The notes beneath the pieces were generated by a model that did no database searches, was not told where the DNA came from, and worked only from the letters and a program-made list of their open reading frames with translations. A DNA stretch of 63,966 nt, filler included, from Reclinomonas americana ATCC 50394 (taxonomy: Eukaryota): the NCBI GenBank assembly GCA_048213135.1. It is 9 parts of 5 records of this genome, joined end to end, with 100 filler letters (N's around TTAATTAATTAA, not from the genome) between each part and the next. Parts side by side here need not be neighbours in the genome. Positions count along the whole stretch, not along the records: positions 1 to 16,895 come from PS015242.1; 8 more parts are not named here. One strand, given 5' to 3'. Numbering within the stretch: the first letter of the stretch is position 1; each line of letters begins with the position of its first letter. Below are positions 1-11,935 of this stretch, piece after piece. Position numbers and translations under genes: made by a program.

Positions 1-245
1 AACCGATTGAGGGCCACACACTCGACGGCATCGCCGACGGGCGTCGACGTGGCGTGCGCATTCACAAAGCTGAGGTCGGCCACGGCGACGTGCGGCGTGG
101 CACAGTGCATCGCCGCCCGCATGGCCCGCAGTGCGCCGGAGCCGTCTGGCGGTGGCGCCGTAATGTGGTGCGCGTCGGCGGCCATGCCCACCCCGAGCAG
201 GGTGGCCAGCGGAGTGGCTCCGCGTCGTGCGGCGTGCTCGGCGGT
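1..245 (-). CDS. Beta-ketoacyl-ACP synthase (KAS II/OXSM-like), internal exon on an apparently mis-oriented contig
   Basis: Minus strand after an acceptor (tttgtcgcag) reads TAEHAARRGATPLATLLGVGMAADAHHITAPPPDGSGALRAM...FVNAHATSTPVGDAVECVALNR, containing the KAS DAxHITAP and NAHATST motifs. It ends with 2 nt (tt) that join in frame to base 1129 on the + strand. Confidence 0.9.
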
Positions 246-1128
246 CTGCGACAAATGGTGAGAGANNNNNNNNNNNNNNNNNNNNNNNNNNNNNNNNNNN
301 NNNNNNNNNNNNNNNNNNNNNNNNNNNNNNNNNNNNNNNNNNNNNNNNNNNNNNNNNNNNNNNNNNNNNNNNNNNNNNNNNNNNNNNNNNNNNNNNNNNN
401 NNNNNNNNNNNNNNNNNNNNNNNNNNNNNNNNNNNNNNNNNNNNNNNNNNNNNNNNNNNNNNNNNNNNNNNNNNNNNNNNNNNNNNNNNNNNNNNNNNNN
501 NNNNNNNNNNNNNNNNNNNNNNNNNNNNNNNNNNNNNNNNNNNNNNNNNNNNNNNNNNNNNNNNNNNNNNNNNNNNNNNNNNNNNNNNNNNNNNNNNNNN
601 NNNNNNNNNNNNNNNNNNNNNNNNNNNNNNNNNNNNNNNNNNNNNNNNNNNNNNNNNNNNNNNNNNNNNNNNNNNNNNNNNNNNNNNNNNNNNNNNNNNN
701 NNNNNNNNNNNNNNNNNNNNNNNNNNNNNNNNNNNNNNNNNNNNNNNNNNNNNNNNNNNNNNNNNNNNNNNNNNNNNNNNNNNNNNNNNNNNNNNNNNNN
801 NNNNNNNNNNNNNNNNNNNNNNNNNNNNNNNNNNNNNNNNNNNNNNNNNNNNNNNNNNNNNNNNNNNNNNNNNNNNNNNNNNNNNNNNNNNNNNNNNNNN
901 NNNNNNNNNNNNNNNNNNNNNNNNNNNNNNNNNNNNNNNNNNNNNNNNNNNNNNNNNNNNNNNNNNNNNNNNNNNNNNNNNNNNNNNNNNNNNNNNNNNN
1001 NNNNNNNNNNNNNNNNNNNNNNNNNNNNNNNNNNNNNNNNNNNNNNNNNNNNNNNNNNNNNNNNNNNNNNNNNNNNNNNNNNNNNNNNNNNNNNNNNNNN
1101 NNNNNNNNNNNNNNNNNNNNNNNNNNNN

Positions 1129-1425
1129 GTTTGAGGGTGCCGACTGTAAGCAGCAGGTGTGGGTCAGCAGCAACAAGGGCGCGCTGGGGCACACGCTGGG
1201 TGCGTGTGGGGCGATTGAGGCGGCGGTGTCGGTGATGTGTGTGCGGGAGGTGAGTGGGCGAGAATGGGGAAGGGGCAAGGGGAAGGGACGGGAGGGGAAA
1301 ATGAGGGGAAGATTGGGAGAAGAGAGGAATTAGTGACAGGAAGACGAGAAAGAGAGAAAGGTGAGGAAGGGATGAAGAAGGGCAAAGAGGGAAGAGATCA
1401 GCTTCCTGTCGTCGTATCTACATGA

Positions 1426-1457
<32 letters not shown>

Positions 1458-1876
1458 GTCTTCTTTTCCACAAGGGAGAAAACATGTGCGACAGGTGGAG
1501 AAAAAAGACCAGCAAATCCTAATGGCTAAGGACCACGAGAATGGAGAGAGGACAGGAGAAACAACAGGAGAAGAAAATAAGAGAGAGCGAGGAAAACCAG
1601 AAGAGGAGAATGCCACATTCCTGGGAGAAGGAAAGGAGAAACAAACGAGAGCGAGACAGAGACAGAGAGAGAGAGAGAGTGAGTGAGAGGGAGAGAATGG
1701 CCAACACAGAAGATCGGCATGAATGAGAAAGACAACGAGAACAGTGGGGAAAGAAAAAGAAACAAAAGGAGAAGAAACAAGAGAGAGTGAGCGAGAGAGG
1801 AAGGGAATGGAGATTGGCATGGATGAGAAAGACAACGAGAACGGCAGGGAAGGAAAGGAGAATCAAAAGGAGAAAA

Positions 1877-1927
<51 letters not shown>

Positions 1928-2729
1928 AGAGAGAGTGTGGAGACAGGCATGAATGAGAAATACAACGAGAACGGAGAGAAGGAAGGAGAAACAAAAGGAG
2001 AAGAACGCAGGAGAGAGTGAGAGAGAACGGAGATAGGCATGAATGAGAAAGGCAACGAGAACAGTAGGGAAGGAAAGGAGAAATAAAAGGAGAGGAAACA
2101 AGAGAGAGTGAGCAAGAAAGAGAGAATGGAGATCGTCATGAATGAGAAAGACAACGAGAACGGAGGGAAGGAAGAAGAAACAAACGGAGAAGAAAACAAG
2201 AGAGAGTGAGCGAGAAAGAGAGAATGCAGATTGGCATGGGTGAGAAAGACAACGAGAACAGCAGGGAAGGAAAGGAAGAAACCCTGAAAAAGAGGGAGGA
2301 TAGCAAGAGAGAGAGAATGGAGATCGTCATGACGACAAATAAGGAGGAGATATCCGAAAGAAAGAGAAGCCCAGAGAGATGGAAAAGAAAAATGGTTTGA
2401 AGAGAATAGTGGAAGAACACAAAGAAACACAAAGAAACACAAACAGAGTGCGCTCCTCAGTTCTCCTCGCCCCCTTCCCCCTCACCGCCCTTCCCCTTTT
2501 CACCCCTCACCACCCTTCCCCCTCTGCGCAGGGACTCGTCCCACCCACCCTCCACCTCACACCCTCCACGCTCGACACCAAGGCCTGCACGCTCCACCCA
2601 CCACTGCAGCACGTCATGGAGCACCCCGCCAAACTCTCCACGACCTTACCCATCTTTGGCCTCTCCAACAGCTTTGCTTTCGGCGGCGTCAACGTCTCAT
2701 TACTGTTTGGCCCGCCGGATTGGCAATAA
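1129..2729 (+). CDS. Beta-ketoacyl-ACP synthase (KAS II/OXSM-like), last two exons 1129-1249 and 2532-2729
   Basis: SSNKGALGHTLGACGAIEA motif, GT-AG intron 1250-2531, then GLVPPTLHL...GLSNSFAFGGVNVSLLF and a TAA stop. These are canonical C-terminal KAS motifs. Confidence 0.93.
1640..2340. repeat. Intronic degenerate tandem repeat, ~110-bp purine-rich unit
   Basis: Recurring gaatgagaaagacaacgagaac...aagagagagtgag...atggagat core inside the KAS intron. Confidence 0.85.
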
Positions 2730-2751
2730 ATCAACAAAAACACAACAACGT

Positions 2752-3939
2752 TTACGCTCTTACTCGCAGATTGGTCACCAGGGTCTCCACTGCACGAGAT
2801 GGAGAAGTGAGGGCGCATACTACTTGACATGCACAAGAAGAGCGACTAACCCTTGTCCAGCAAATACGTGGCCTTGTCGAGTGCCTGCTCCATCAGGTCG
2901 GCCACCATGGTCTTTTGGCAAATCACCACCACAATGAGGTTCGACACGTGCCGTACGCGGACGCGCACATTCGGCGAGGTGAGCATCAGTTCGGAGGGGG
3001 CGTCGCCGACGTAGGACACTGGAGGTGGAGGGTGAGTGAGCGACAAAAGGGGACAAAGGGATGCCGGAGGCGGACGCAACAAATGTCGGACGAGGCATTG
3101 AGGAGGGCTTGCAGGTGGGCGACCACGCCCAGCTGGTCCACGTGGCCGGTGGAGTGCACGACGTTGCCGTCGCGGAGGGCGAGGGAGAGGAGGACGCCGC
3201 GGGAGGTGGCCACTGCGCGAGGGGGAAAGGGATGTGAGGGAGAAAGGAAACGGGGAGAGAGAGTGGCAGGGAGACACAGCGAGTGAAGGAGAGGAAAGGA
3301 TAGAGAAGAGATGAGATAGAGAGTGAAGGAAATAGAGACGGAAAAAACTCCGCGAGCGACAGTGAGCGTGGCCATCAAGGAGAAGAGAGAGCATTGAAGA
3401 TGAACTCAAGGAGAGTGGTGTCAGCAGAATCTGAGTATGCAAGTGTCTCTGCCCTCGTGTGACTCTGCTTCTCTGTCTCTGTCTCTCTTTCTGCCTCCCT
3501 CTCTCTCTCTCTAATATCCCTCCTTTGGTGATTTGCCCTCTTCCACCTTCGCCCCCCAACGCAACATTCCTCCAATATGGGCCGAATGCACCCGGCGATA
3601 ATGTCGGGCAGGCGCGTCTGGAAGTCCTTGAACGAGGTGCCGGAGTAGCTGCACCACAAGAGATGAACACAGAGGTACACGCGATGGTGGCGAGTCGCAC
3701 AGACCTCCACATCACGTGCTCCGAATCGTGAAAGTTCTCGGGGAGGTACAAGCGGAGGAAGGCGGAGAGGATCTCGGAGGCCAGCAGCTTGCCAAAGTCG
3801 CAGCCCTGGGGAACAAGGAAAATGAGGCGCGAAAGAGGAGGCGGCAGGGAGAGCAGGGAATGCAGCGCAACATCTTCGACGTCGTGGAACAGAATGCAGT
3901 TGAGCTTGGCGTTTTCGTCGACCACGATGGACAGCGCCA
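2752..3939 (-). CDS. Longin-like + Roadblock/LC7-like two-domain protein, 5' end missing; exons 3939-3705, 3648-3566, 3212-3081, 3018-2851, 2789-2752
   Basis: All junctions are phase-compatible. The first half (VALSIVVDENAKLNCILFHD...LIFLV...SEILSAFLRLY...FKDFQTRLPDII) has a longin-like pattern. The second half (GVLLSLALRDGNVVHSTG...ELMLTS.NVRVRVRHVSNLIVVVIC) has a roadblock-like pattern. Fold calls are by eye. The last exon is optional, as read-through stops at 2846. Confidence 0.65.
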
Positions 3940-4079
3940 CTGTAGAGGGGATGGGTGAGGTGGGGAAAGGGGACATGAGCTCATGATAAGGGGCCAGATG
4001 ATAGCAAGCAGAAGGGAGGGAGAATCGAGGTGAGTGGGAGAGTGAATGAGCGATAGCTGGAAGTGGAGAATGCACAGCG

Positions 4080-4180
<101 letters not shown>

Positions 4181-4340
4181 GAGAGAGAGACGAGAGGAGG
4201 GAGGGGGAGGGGTAGGGTAGGAGGAGAGAGAGAGACGACGACGAGAGACGACACGACGAGAGAGGAGACGAGGACGAACGAACGAANNNNNNNNNNNNNN
4301 NNNNNNGATTGAGCAGAGACAGCCAGCACGAGGGAGAGAG

Positions 4341-4376
<36 letters not shown>

Positions 4377-4599
4377 TCAGAGAGATGCAGTGCGACAGAG
4401 AGGCACACCTGAAAGATCACATGCAATCACGCGCGATCAATGCACACACATAGTCCTTTTTCTCTCACACACACACACCACACTTTCCCTCTCTCACTAC
4501 CCCTCTCTCTCCCTCTCTTTCTCCCTTCTCTCTTACACACACCCACCATCCTCAAACTCCAAAAACGACAAGCGCGACTGCAAACGCGACGCGCAAAAC

Positions 4600-7075
4600 T
4601 CAAGCGCCACCGTCACCAGTGGACCAATCATGCCACAGCGGGGCACTGGGTTGAGAAAGTCGGCCACAAACACCACTACGCCACTCGATGACACGAGAAC
4701 CAGGTTGCGAATCATTCACACAAGGTAAAAAGTGATTGATTGGTCGCAGTTGTCCCGCAGGCTTTTTTCTCAGCAACTGTAATTGCAAAGGTGGTCCACA
4801 GCGAGAGAATCGAGATCTGCACGAAAAGACGTATCGAATGCACCGCAGCCTCCGGGAGACGAAGAACTTTCTTCGATATTGCTTTCGATGCGATTTCTCT
4901 CCTCCTTCCTTCCCTTTGCAAGCACACCACACCGGGATTGTAATTGCAACGGTGGCCCATAGCGAGAGAATCAAGAACTACATGAGGAATAGTACCACAT
5001 ACACCACAGCCTCTTGGAAACGAAGACCTTTCTTCGATATTGATTTCGCTCCGCATCCTCTTTCCCTTCTCTGCAAGCACGCCACACCGGGATTGTAATA
5101 GCACATGTGGTCCCAGTTAAAGCTTCAAGGACTACACGAGGAGAAGCACCAGGTACACCGCAGCCGCCGAGAAACACAGATCCTTTCGTCGACGTTGAAA
5201 TCGATTTTGAATTCATGTTTCGCGATCGCGATCTTCTCAAGCGCCACCATCACCAGTGGACCATTCATACCACATCAAGGCACTGGGTTGAGAACGTCGG
5301 CCACAAACACCACCACGCCACTCGATGACACGAGAACCAGATTGCGAATCATTCACACAAAAGAGAAAAGAGTTATTGGTCGAATTGTCTCGTCCTGCAG
5401 CCTTTTCTCTCGGCAACTGTAATTGCAAAGGTGGTCCCTAGCGAGAGAATCGAGAACTACATGAGGAATAGTACCAAATACACCGCAGCCTCTAGGAAAC
5501 GAAGATTTTTCGACGAGATTGATTTCGCTCCGCGTTTTCATTTCTTCTTCAGCACATCGGGATTGTAGTTGCAAAGGTGGCTCATGGTGAATGCATCTAA
5601 ACCTACAAAAGGAGAAGCACCAGGTACACCGCAGCCGCCGAGAAACACAGATCCTTTCGTCGATGTTGATTTCGATTTCGCGCTTTTTTCCGTCCTCCCT
5701 CTCTTCCTTCTCTGCAAGCACGCCACACCAGAGCATATAGAATTAACACAGCCGGCCGGCCACAAACACCACCACGTGACACGAGAACCAGGTTGCGAAC
5801 CGTTCACACAAATGAGAAAAGCGATTGATTGAGCGAATTGTCGCCTCCTGCAGCCTTTTCTCTCGGCAGCTGTGATTGCAAAGGTGGTCTGTGGTGAACG
5901 CTTCAAGATCTTTCTCGTTTCCTTTGTGGAATTCGGCGTCAAATCCATGCTTGTCACGAGCCGTGGTTTCTCTTGCAGAAACCCCAGCATTAGCCATCTC
6001 GACTTTTCTCGCTTTTCGTGATGNNNNNNNNNNNNNNNNNNNNNNNNNNNNNNNNNNNNNNNNNNNNNNNNNNNNNNNNNNNNNNNNNNNNNNNNNNNNN
6101 NNNNNNNNNNNNNNNNNNNNNNNNNNNNNNNNNNNNNNNNNNNNNNNNNNNNNNNNNNNNNNNNNNNNNNNNNNNNNNNNNNNNNNNNNNNNNNNNNNNN
6201 NNNNNNNNNNNNNNNNNNNNNNNNNNNNNNNNNNNNNNNNNNNNNNNNNNNNNNNNNNNNNNNNNNNNNNNNNNNNNNNNNNNNNNNNNNNNNNNNNNNN
6301 NNNNNNNNNNNNNNNNNNNNNNNNNNNNNNNNNNNNNNNNNNNNNNNNNNNNNNNNNNNNNNNNNNNNNNNNNNNNNNNNNNNNNNNNNNNNNNNNNNNN
6401 NNNNNNNNNNNNNNNNNNNNNNNNNNNNNNNNNNNNNNNNNNNNNNNNNNNNNNNNNNNNNNNNNNNNNNNNNNNNNNNNNNNNNNNNNNNNNNNNNNNN
6501 NNNNNNNNNNNNNNNNNNNNNNNNNNNNNNNNNNNNNNNNNNNNNNNNNNNNNNNNNNNNNNNNNNNNNNNNNNNNNNNNNNNNNNNNNNNNNNNNNNNN
6601 NNNNNNNNNNNNNNNNNNNNNNNNNNNNNNNNNNNNNNNNNNNNNNNNNNNNNNNNNNNNNNNNNNNNNNNNNNNNNNNNNNNNNNNNNNNNNNNNNNNN
6701 NNNNNNNNNNNNNNNNNNNNNNNNNNNNNNNNNNNNNNNNNNNNNNNNNNNNNNNNNNNNNNNNNNNNNNNNNNNNNNNNNNNNNNNNNNNNNNNNNNNN
6801 NNNNNNNNNNNNNNNNNNNNNNNNNNNNNNNNNNNNNNNNNNNNNNNNNNNNNNNNNNNNNNNNNNNNNNNNNNNNNNNNNNNNNNNNAGGAGAAGCATC
6901 AAGTACACCGCAGCCTCCTGGAAACAAAGACTTGTTCGAATCCGAATTCGTCGATATTGATTTCAATTTCACTCTTTTTCCCGCCCTCTTTCCCTTCTCT
7001 ACAAGCACGCCAACACCAGAGCATAGAATCAACACAGCCGGCCGGCCACACACACCACCACGCCACTCGACACCA
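4600..7075. repeat. Complex degenerate tandem repeat (~160-bp subunits inside a ~450-650-bp higher-order unit), interrupted by a gap
   Basis: The subunit tgtaattgcaaaggtgg...caccgcagcc...gaaac...tcgatattgatttc...gcaagcacgccacacc recurs near 4779, 4940, 5095, 5419, 5564 and 5871. The block ggccacaaacaccac...gacacgagaaccag recurs near 4662, 5299 and 5758. Confidence 0.85.
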
Positions 7076-7207
7076 GAGAAACCAAAAAAAAATTGCGCGG
7101 GAAATGACCTTTGCTTCAATTTCACCGCAAACTTGAACATCTCCTCCTTTATCTTCTTTTCTCTTCTCGCAACGCACAAGCAAACCACCACTTCCTCAAC
7201 AACAACA

Positions 7208-8882
7208 ATGAGCGGCATCGCACGTGGCATCTTCCTCACCATCTCCACCATGTGGTGCGTGTGTGAAAACATGCAATGCTCATTGCCTATTTGTCGTGCA
7301 TGCATGTATTTCTCCGCACCTCTCTCTCTTACACACACACACACACTCTCTCTCTTGCACATACACACACACTCACACTCACTCACGCACACTCACTCAC
7401 TCACACACACACTTACTCACTCACTCACTCACTCGCACACACACACACTCACTCACACACTCACTCACTCACTCACTCGCTCTTTCTCTCTCTCTCTCAC
7501 ACACACTCATTCACTCACTCACTCACTCACTCACTCACTCCTCACTCGCTCACTCACTCACTCACTCCCTCCCTCCCTCCCTCACTCCCTCACTTGCACA
7601 CTCTTTCACTCACTCACTCACTCACTCACTCACTCACTCACTCACACACTCACTCACTCACTCACTCACTTCCACACACACTCTCTCTCTCTCACTCTCT
7701 CAGGTTCTTCGGTGGCCTCCACTACATTGTGGCCGTCGACCACGCTCTCCAGCTCTTCGCCTGTTGCGCACACGTTGTCAGTGTGAACTTTGGCAACTAA
7801 ATGCATACTCATTTTGTCTCTCTGTGTCTCTCTTCCTTCACTCTCCTCTTTCTCCTTCTTCTCCTTCTGCTTGTTCTTCGTCGTTGTGGTCTCCTTGTTT
7901 GTTTGTTGCCTTCGTTTCCTTCTCTTTTCTTGTTTTTCTTTTCTCCTTCTCATCCATTTGCCCTTCCTCCTCCGCATCCTTCTCCTCTTCCTCCTCCGTA
8001 TCCTTCTCCTCTTCCTCCTCCTCGTTCTCTTCCTCCTTCTCCGTCTTCTCCTCTTGTCCTGCTTCTCATTCTCTTTCTTCTTGTCTTCTTCTGCTTCTCT
8101 TCCTCCTCCTTCTCCGTCTTCTCCTGCTTCTCATTCTCTTTCTTCTTCTCTTTCTTGTTCTTCTTCTGTCCTTCTCCTCCCTTTTCCCTCCCTTCTCCTT
8201 ATCTTCTCCTTATCCTTCTCCCCCTCGCTCCCTCCTCCTCCTCCTCCTCCTCCTGTTGTCCTGCTTCTCCTTCTCTTTCTTCTTCTTCTTCTTCTTCTTC
8301 TTCGTCTTCTTCTGCTTCTTCTTTTTCTCCTTCTAATCCCTTTTCCCTCCCTCCTCCGTATCCTTCTTCCCCTTCTCCCTTTCCTTCTCCTCCTCCTCCT
8401 CCTCCTCCTCCTTCTCCTCCTCCTCTTCCTCCTCCTCCTCCTCCTCTTCTCTTTCTCTCAATCTTCTTCTTGTTCTTCCAATTCTCCTCCCCCTCCTCCT
8501 CCTCTTCCTTCTCCCTCTCCTTCTCCTTCTCCTTCTCCTCCCCCCTCCCTCTCCCTTTCCCTAATCCGCAGTCGACGCCCCCCTGATGCTCGAGCAATGG
8601 AACGACGCCACTCGCTTCTCCTTCCAAGTCCTCGGCGCCGTCATGATCGGCTGCTCGGCGCTCTGGTGCAGCATCCCCGTCAACGTGCACACCCTGCGTG
8701 CAGCTTCGTCCGGCCTCCTCCTCGCCAGCGGCATCCTGGCGTGGACCTACTACTCGGCGCCGGCGGGCCTCGTCGGCTCGCGCGTGTGGGCCTGGCCCAT
8801 CTCGACTGCGGTGTTTGGCCTCGTGCTCGGCATCATTTCGATGACGCTCAAGTCGGGCGGCGGCAAGGTCAAGAGCAAGTGA
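7208..8882 (+). CDS. Small (~138 aa) multi-pass membrane protein; exons 7208-7254, 7704-7762, 8572-8882
   Basis: Phase-compatible splicing gives MSGIARGIFLTISTMWFFGGLHYIVAVDHALQLFAFDAPLMLEQW...VFGLVLGIISMTLKSGGGKVKSK, with about four hydrophobic segments and a C-terminal KxKxx ER-retrieval-like motif. Confidence 0.8.
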
Positions 8883-9670
8883 TGACGCCAGGTACACTGG
8901 CAGGCGGCAGCAAGGAGGCTGGAGCCTTGCTCTTTTTTGCGACAAGAGGTGCTTGAAATGAACGCCCTCTTCGCTCTTGCTCAATTTGCGTTCCAGAGGC
9001 GGTGATCTGAGCAGATTTGTGACGAGTTGCAGCACGCGCGTAGACTGCAATGCAAACGAGTCGCGATGTGATGCTCCGGAGGGGAGAGAGAAAGTTGGCA
9101 CATTTCCTCTCTCTTTCTCTCTCTCTCCTCACTATCTTCATCTTGCGGTCCTCTCGCAACGGTTCAGAAACGCTGACCATCTCAGCAGAAGACTAACTTT
9201 AGTGTGCCAAGAGAGCAGAGAAAAAGAGACAAGCCGTTGTCAAATAAGGACGAGCCATCAGATACGAGGCTGGCACCTAATGACTGGGAGGGAGCGCTTG
9301 CCAACAACGACGCCACATACGAGGAGCATGCTGTCAACAATCATTACCAACTTTTCCCTCTGTTCTTTCCCACCATGCATGCCAGCCGTCATCAACAAAC
9401 TTTACCAATGCAGNNNNNNNNNNNNNNNNNNNNTCATTAACAAACTTTACCAATGCACCTCACGTTCTCTCTTTCCTTCTTTCCCTTTCCCCCCATCACC
9501 AACAAACTCTACCAATGCAGCTCACGTTCTCTCTTTTCTTCTTTCCCTTTCCCCAATCATGCCAGCCGTCATCAACCCACTTTACCAGCACAGTTCCCTT
9601 CCCTTCCCTCTTTCCTCTTTCTTCTCATCTCTCTCCTCCTTTCCCTCATCTCCCTCCTCCTTCCCCTTCT

Positions 9671-10753
9671 TCACCACTGCATCCCGGGATCCGAGAGACA
9701 ACGGAAGAGCACTGCCTCCGCCTCCTCCACCACAAAGCACCGCAGCACCATCTCCGGCAGGCACCTCGCCTCCACATCCTCCTCCTCCTCTTGCATCTCC
9801 CTTACCGCCTCCCTCGCCAACCGCGCGACTTCCAGCTCGCAGCTGGCCAGTCCGCACGGCGTGGACCACACGCGCAGCAAACTGTCTGCACCTCCGCACA
9901 CAATATGCTGCCCGTCGGGAGTGAAACTCACGGTTCCCACTCCAAAAATGCCTCCATCCAGCCGTCGCACCTCCTCTCCACTCGCCAATGACCACAAGCG
10001 GACGGCGGTGTCTGTCCCCGCGCTCACCACATGCCTACCATCGGGAGAGACGCCGACACAGACCACTAACGACGCGTCGCCCGTCAACCGTCGTACCTCC
10101 TCCCCACTCGCCAGCGACCACACACGCACAGTGCGGTCGTGGCCTCCGCTGACAGCGTAGTGGCCATCGGGAGTGACGGCAACAGACGCCACCGCCGACA
10201 CGTGGCCGACGATTCGCCGCACGCAGTCTCCACTCTCCAGTGACCACACTCGCACTGTGTTGTCCGCGCTTCCACTCACCGCGAGTCGACCATCGGGAGA
10301 AACGGCGACCGAGTTCACCCACCCAGTGTGCCCGTGCAACAGTCGCACTTGCTTGCCACTCGCCAGCGACCACACTCGCACTGTCCGATCGCCGCTTCCG
10401 CTCACCACGTGCTGTCCGTCGGGTGTGACGACGACCGACGACACCCAATCTTTGTGGCCCTCCAACCGTCGCACCTCCGTTCTGCTCGCCACCGACCACA
10501 CTCGGATAGTGTCATCCTTTCCGCAGCTGACAATGTGCTGCCCGTCGGGAGTCGCAGCGACAGAGAGCACGTGGTCAGCGTGTCCCTCCAGCCAACACAC
10601 GTCGTCTCCACTCGCCAGCGACCACAGTCGCACGGTGAGATCGGAGCTGCCAGTGATGATGTGCCGGCCATCGGGGGTGACTGCGACACTCCACACGGTG
10701 TCGGTGTGCCCTGGCATGCGTTTGAAGAAGAGGTCGGGCGTCGCGGACGTCAT
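9671..10753 (-). CDS. Intronless 7-repeat WD40 protein with a helical C-terminal tail (paralogue 1)
   Basis: 360-aa ORF with seven highly similar GH...VAVTPDG.H.VS...D.TVRVWSLASG repeats. Confidence 0.92.
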   Translation of the reverse strand: MTSATPDLFFKRMPGHTDTVWSVAVTPDGRHIITGSSDLTVRLWSLASGDDVCWLEGHADHVLSVAATPDGQHIVSCGKDDTIRVWSVASRTEVRRLEGHKDWVSSVVVTPDGQHVVSGSGDRTVRVWSLASGKQVRLLHGHTGWVNSVAVSPDGRLAVSGSADNTVRVWSLESGDCVRRIVGHVSAVASVAVTPDGHYAVSGGHDRTVRVWSLASGEEVRRLTGDASLVVCVGVSPDGRHVVSAGTDTAVRLWSLASGEEVRRLDGGIFGVGTVSFTPDGQHIVCGGADSLLRVWSTPCGLASCELEVARLAREAVREMQEEEEDVEARCLPEMVLRCFVVEEAEAVLFRCLSDPGMQW

Positions 10754-11084
10754 GCGCAGGAGAGGCGGAGAATGAGTGTGGGACGTGTGTCTTCGAAGTT
10801 TGCTGCAACAACAACAACAACGTTACCAATCCAAACAGCAACACAGCTGCATGATGATCACTATGTTGAGTGAGCACCAGAAACTCAGACATCAACGAGA
10901 AGAAGCCTCGTGGAATTGATCATGAAGGATTTGCTGGGTTCTTGCTTCACGTGGACATCATAGTGGTGCACGTAGAGATCAACGACAAAGAAGAGAGTGG
11001 AGGAGAAGAGACCTTTTGTCTTCGAAGGATGCACATGAAAAAAGCAGAAGACAATGAGCGACGTCACCAAAACACGATGCTTGC

Positions 11085-11935
11085 CTTTCCCCCCTTCCCT
11101 TTGTTTCCCACAGCATCTCCAGTCCAAACCAGCCTTCTTTGCCAACTTCACCAACACATCCCTCCTTTTCCCTCATTCCTCTCTCCCCCGTTCTCCCGCT
11201 TCCTCCCACCTCAGTAAGCAGTTCAACACGCCTCCCTTTCTCTCTTCCTTCTTCCTCTTGCTCTCCCCCCTTTCTTCCCCACCAGCCGTCCTCACCCAAC
11301 TTTACAACACACCTCTCTTTCATCTTCTCTCCTTGCTCTTCCTTTCCCTCCTCCATTTCCCTCATTCCCCTTGCTCCCTCCTCCCATCCCCACCAACGCC
11401 ACCAGTCCATTCCAGCCTTCTTTGCCAACTTCACCAACACATCCCTCCTTTTCCCTCATTCCTCTCTCCCCCGTTCTCCCGCTTCCTTCCCACCACAGTA
11501 AGCAGTCCAACACGCCTCCCTTTCTCTCTTCCTTCTTCCCCTTGCTCTCCCCCCGTCCATTCAAACCAGCCGTCCTCACGTAACTTGACAAACACACCTC
11601 TCTTACATCTTCTCTCCTTGCTCTTCCTTTCCTTCCTCCCTTTCCCTCCTTCCCCTTGCTCCCATCCCCACCAACGCCACCAGTTCAAACCAGCCTTGTT
11701 TGCCAACTTCACCAACAAATCCCGCAGTCCTCTCTCCCCCGTTTCCCTCATTCTTTCCCCACACAGTCACATGTTCAACACGCCTCTCTTGCCCTCAGTT
11801 CTCACCATGCCCCTCCTCCCATCATGCCAGCCGTCATCAACCCACTTTACCAGCACAGCTCCCTTCCCTTCCCTCATTCTTCTTTCCCTCATCTCCCCTC
11901 TCTCTCTCCCTTTCTCTCCCCATCCTTTCCCTTAT
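11085..11935. repeat. Pyrimidine-rich tandem repeat (~290-bp unit) in the 3' flank of WD40 paralogue 2
   Basis: ccagccttctttgccaacttcaccaac recurs near 11129, 11412 and 11690. The block catgccagccgtcatcaacccactttaccagcacag is shared with 9558-9593. Confidence 0.8.

Noticed and set aside
7224-8956. Long Leu/Ser/Phe or Arg/Glu ORFs in the ORF track (also ~1400-2440, ~13650-15430, ~36970-38620)
   Set aside because: Translations of CT/GA microsatellite-rich introns and spacers. ORFs spanning N runs are likewise artefacts.
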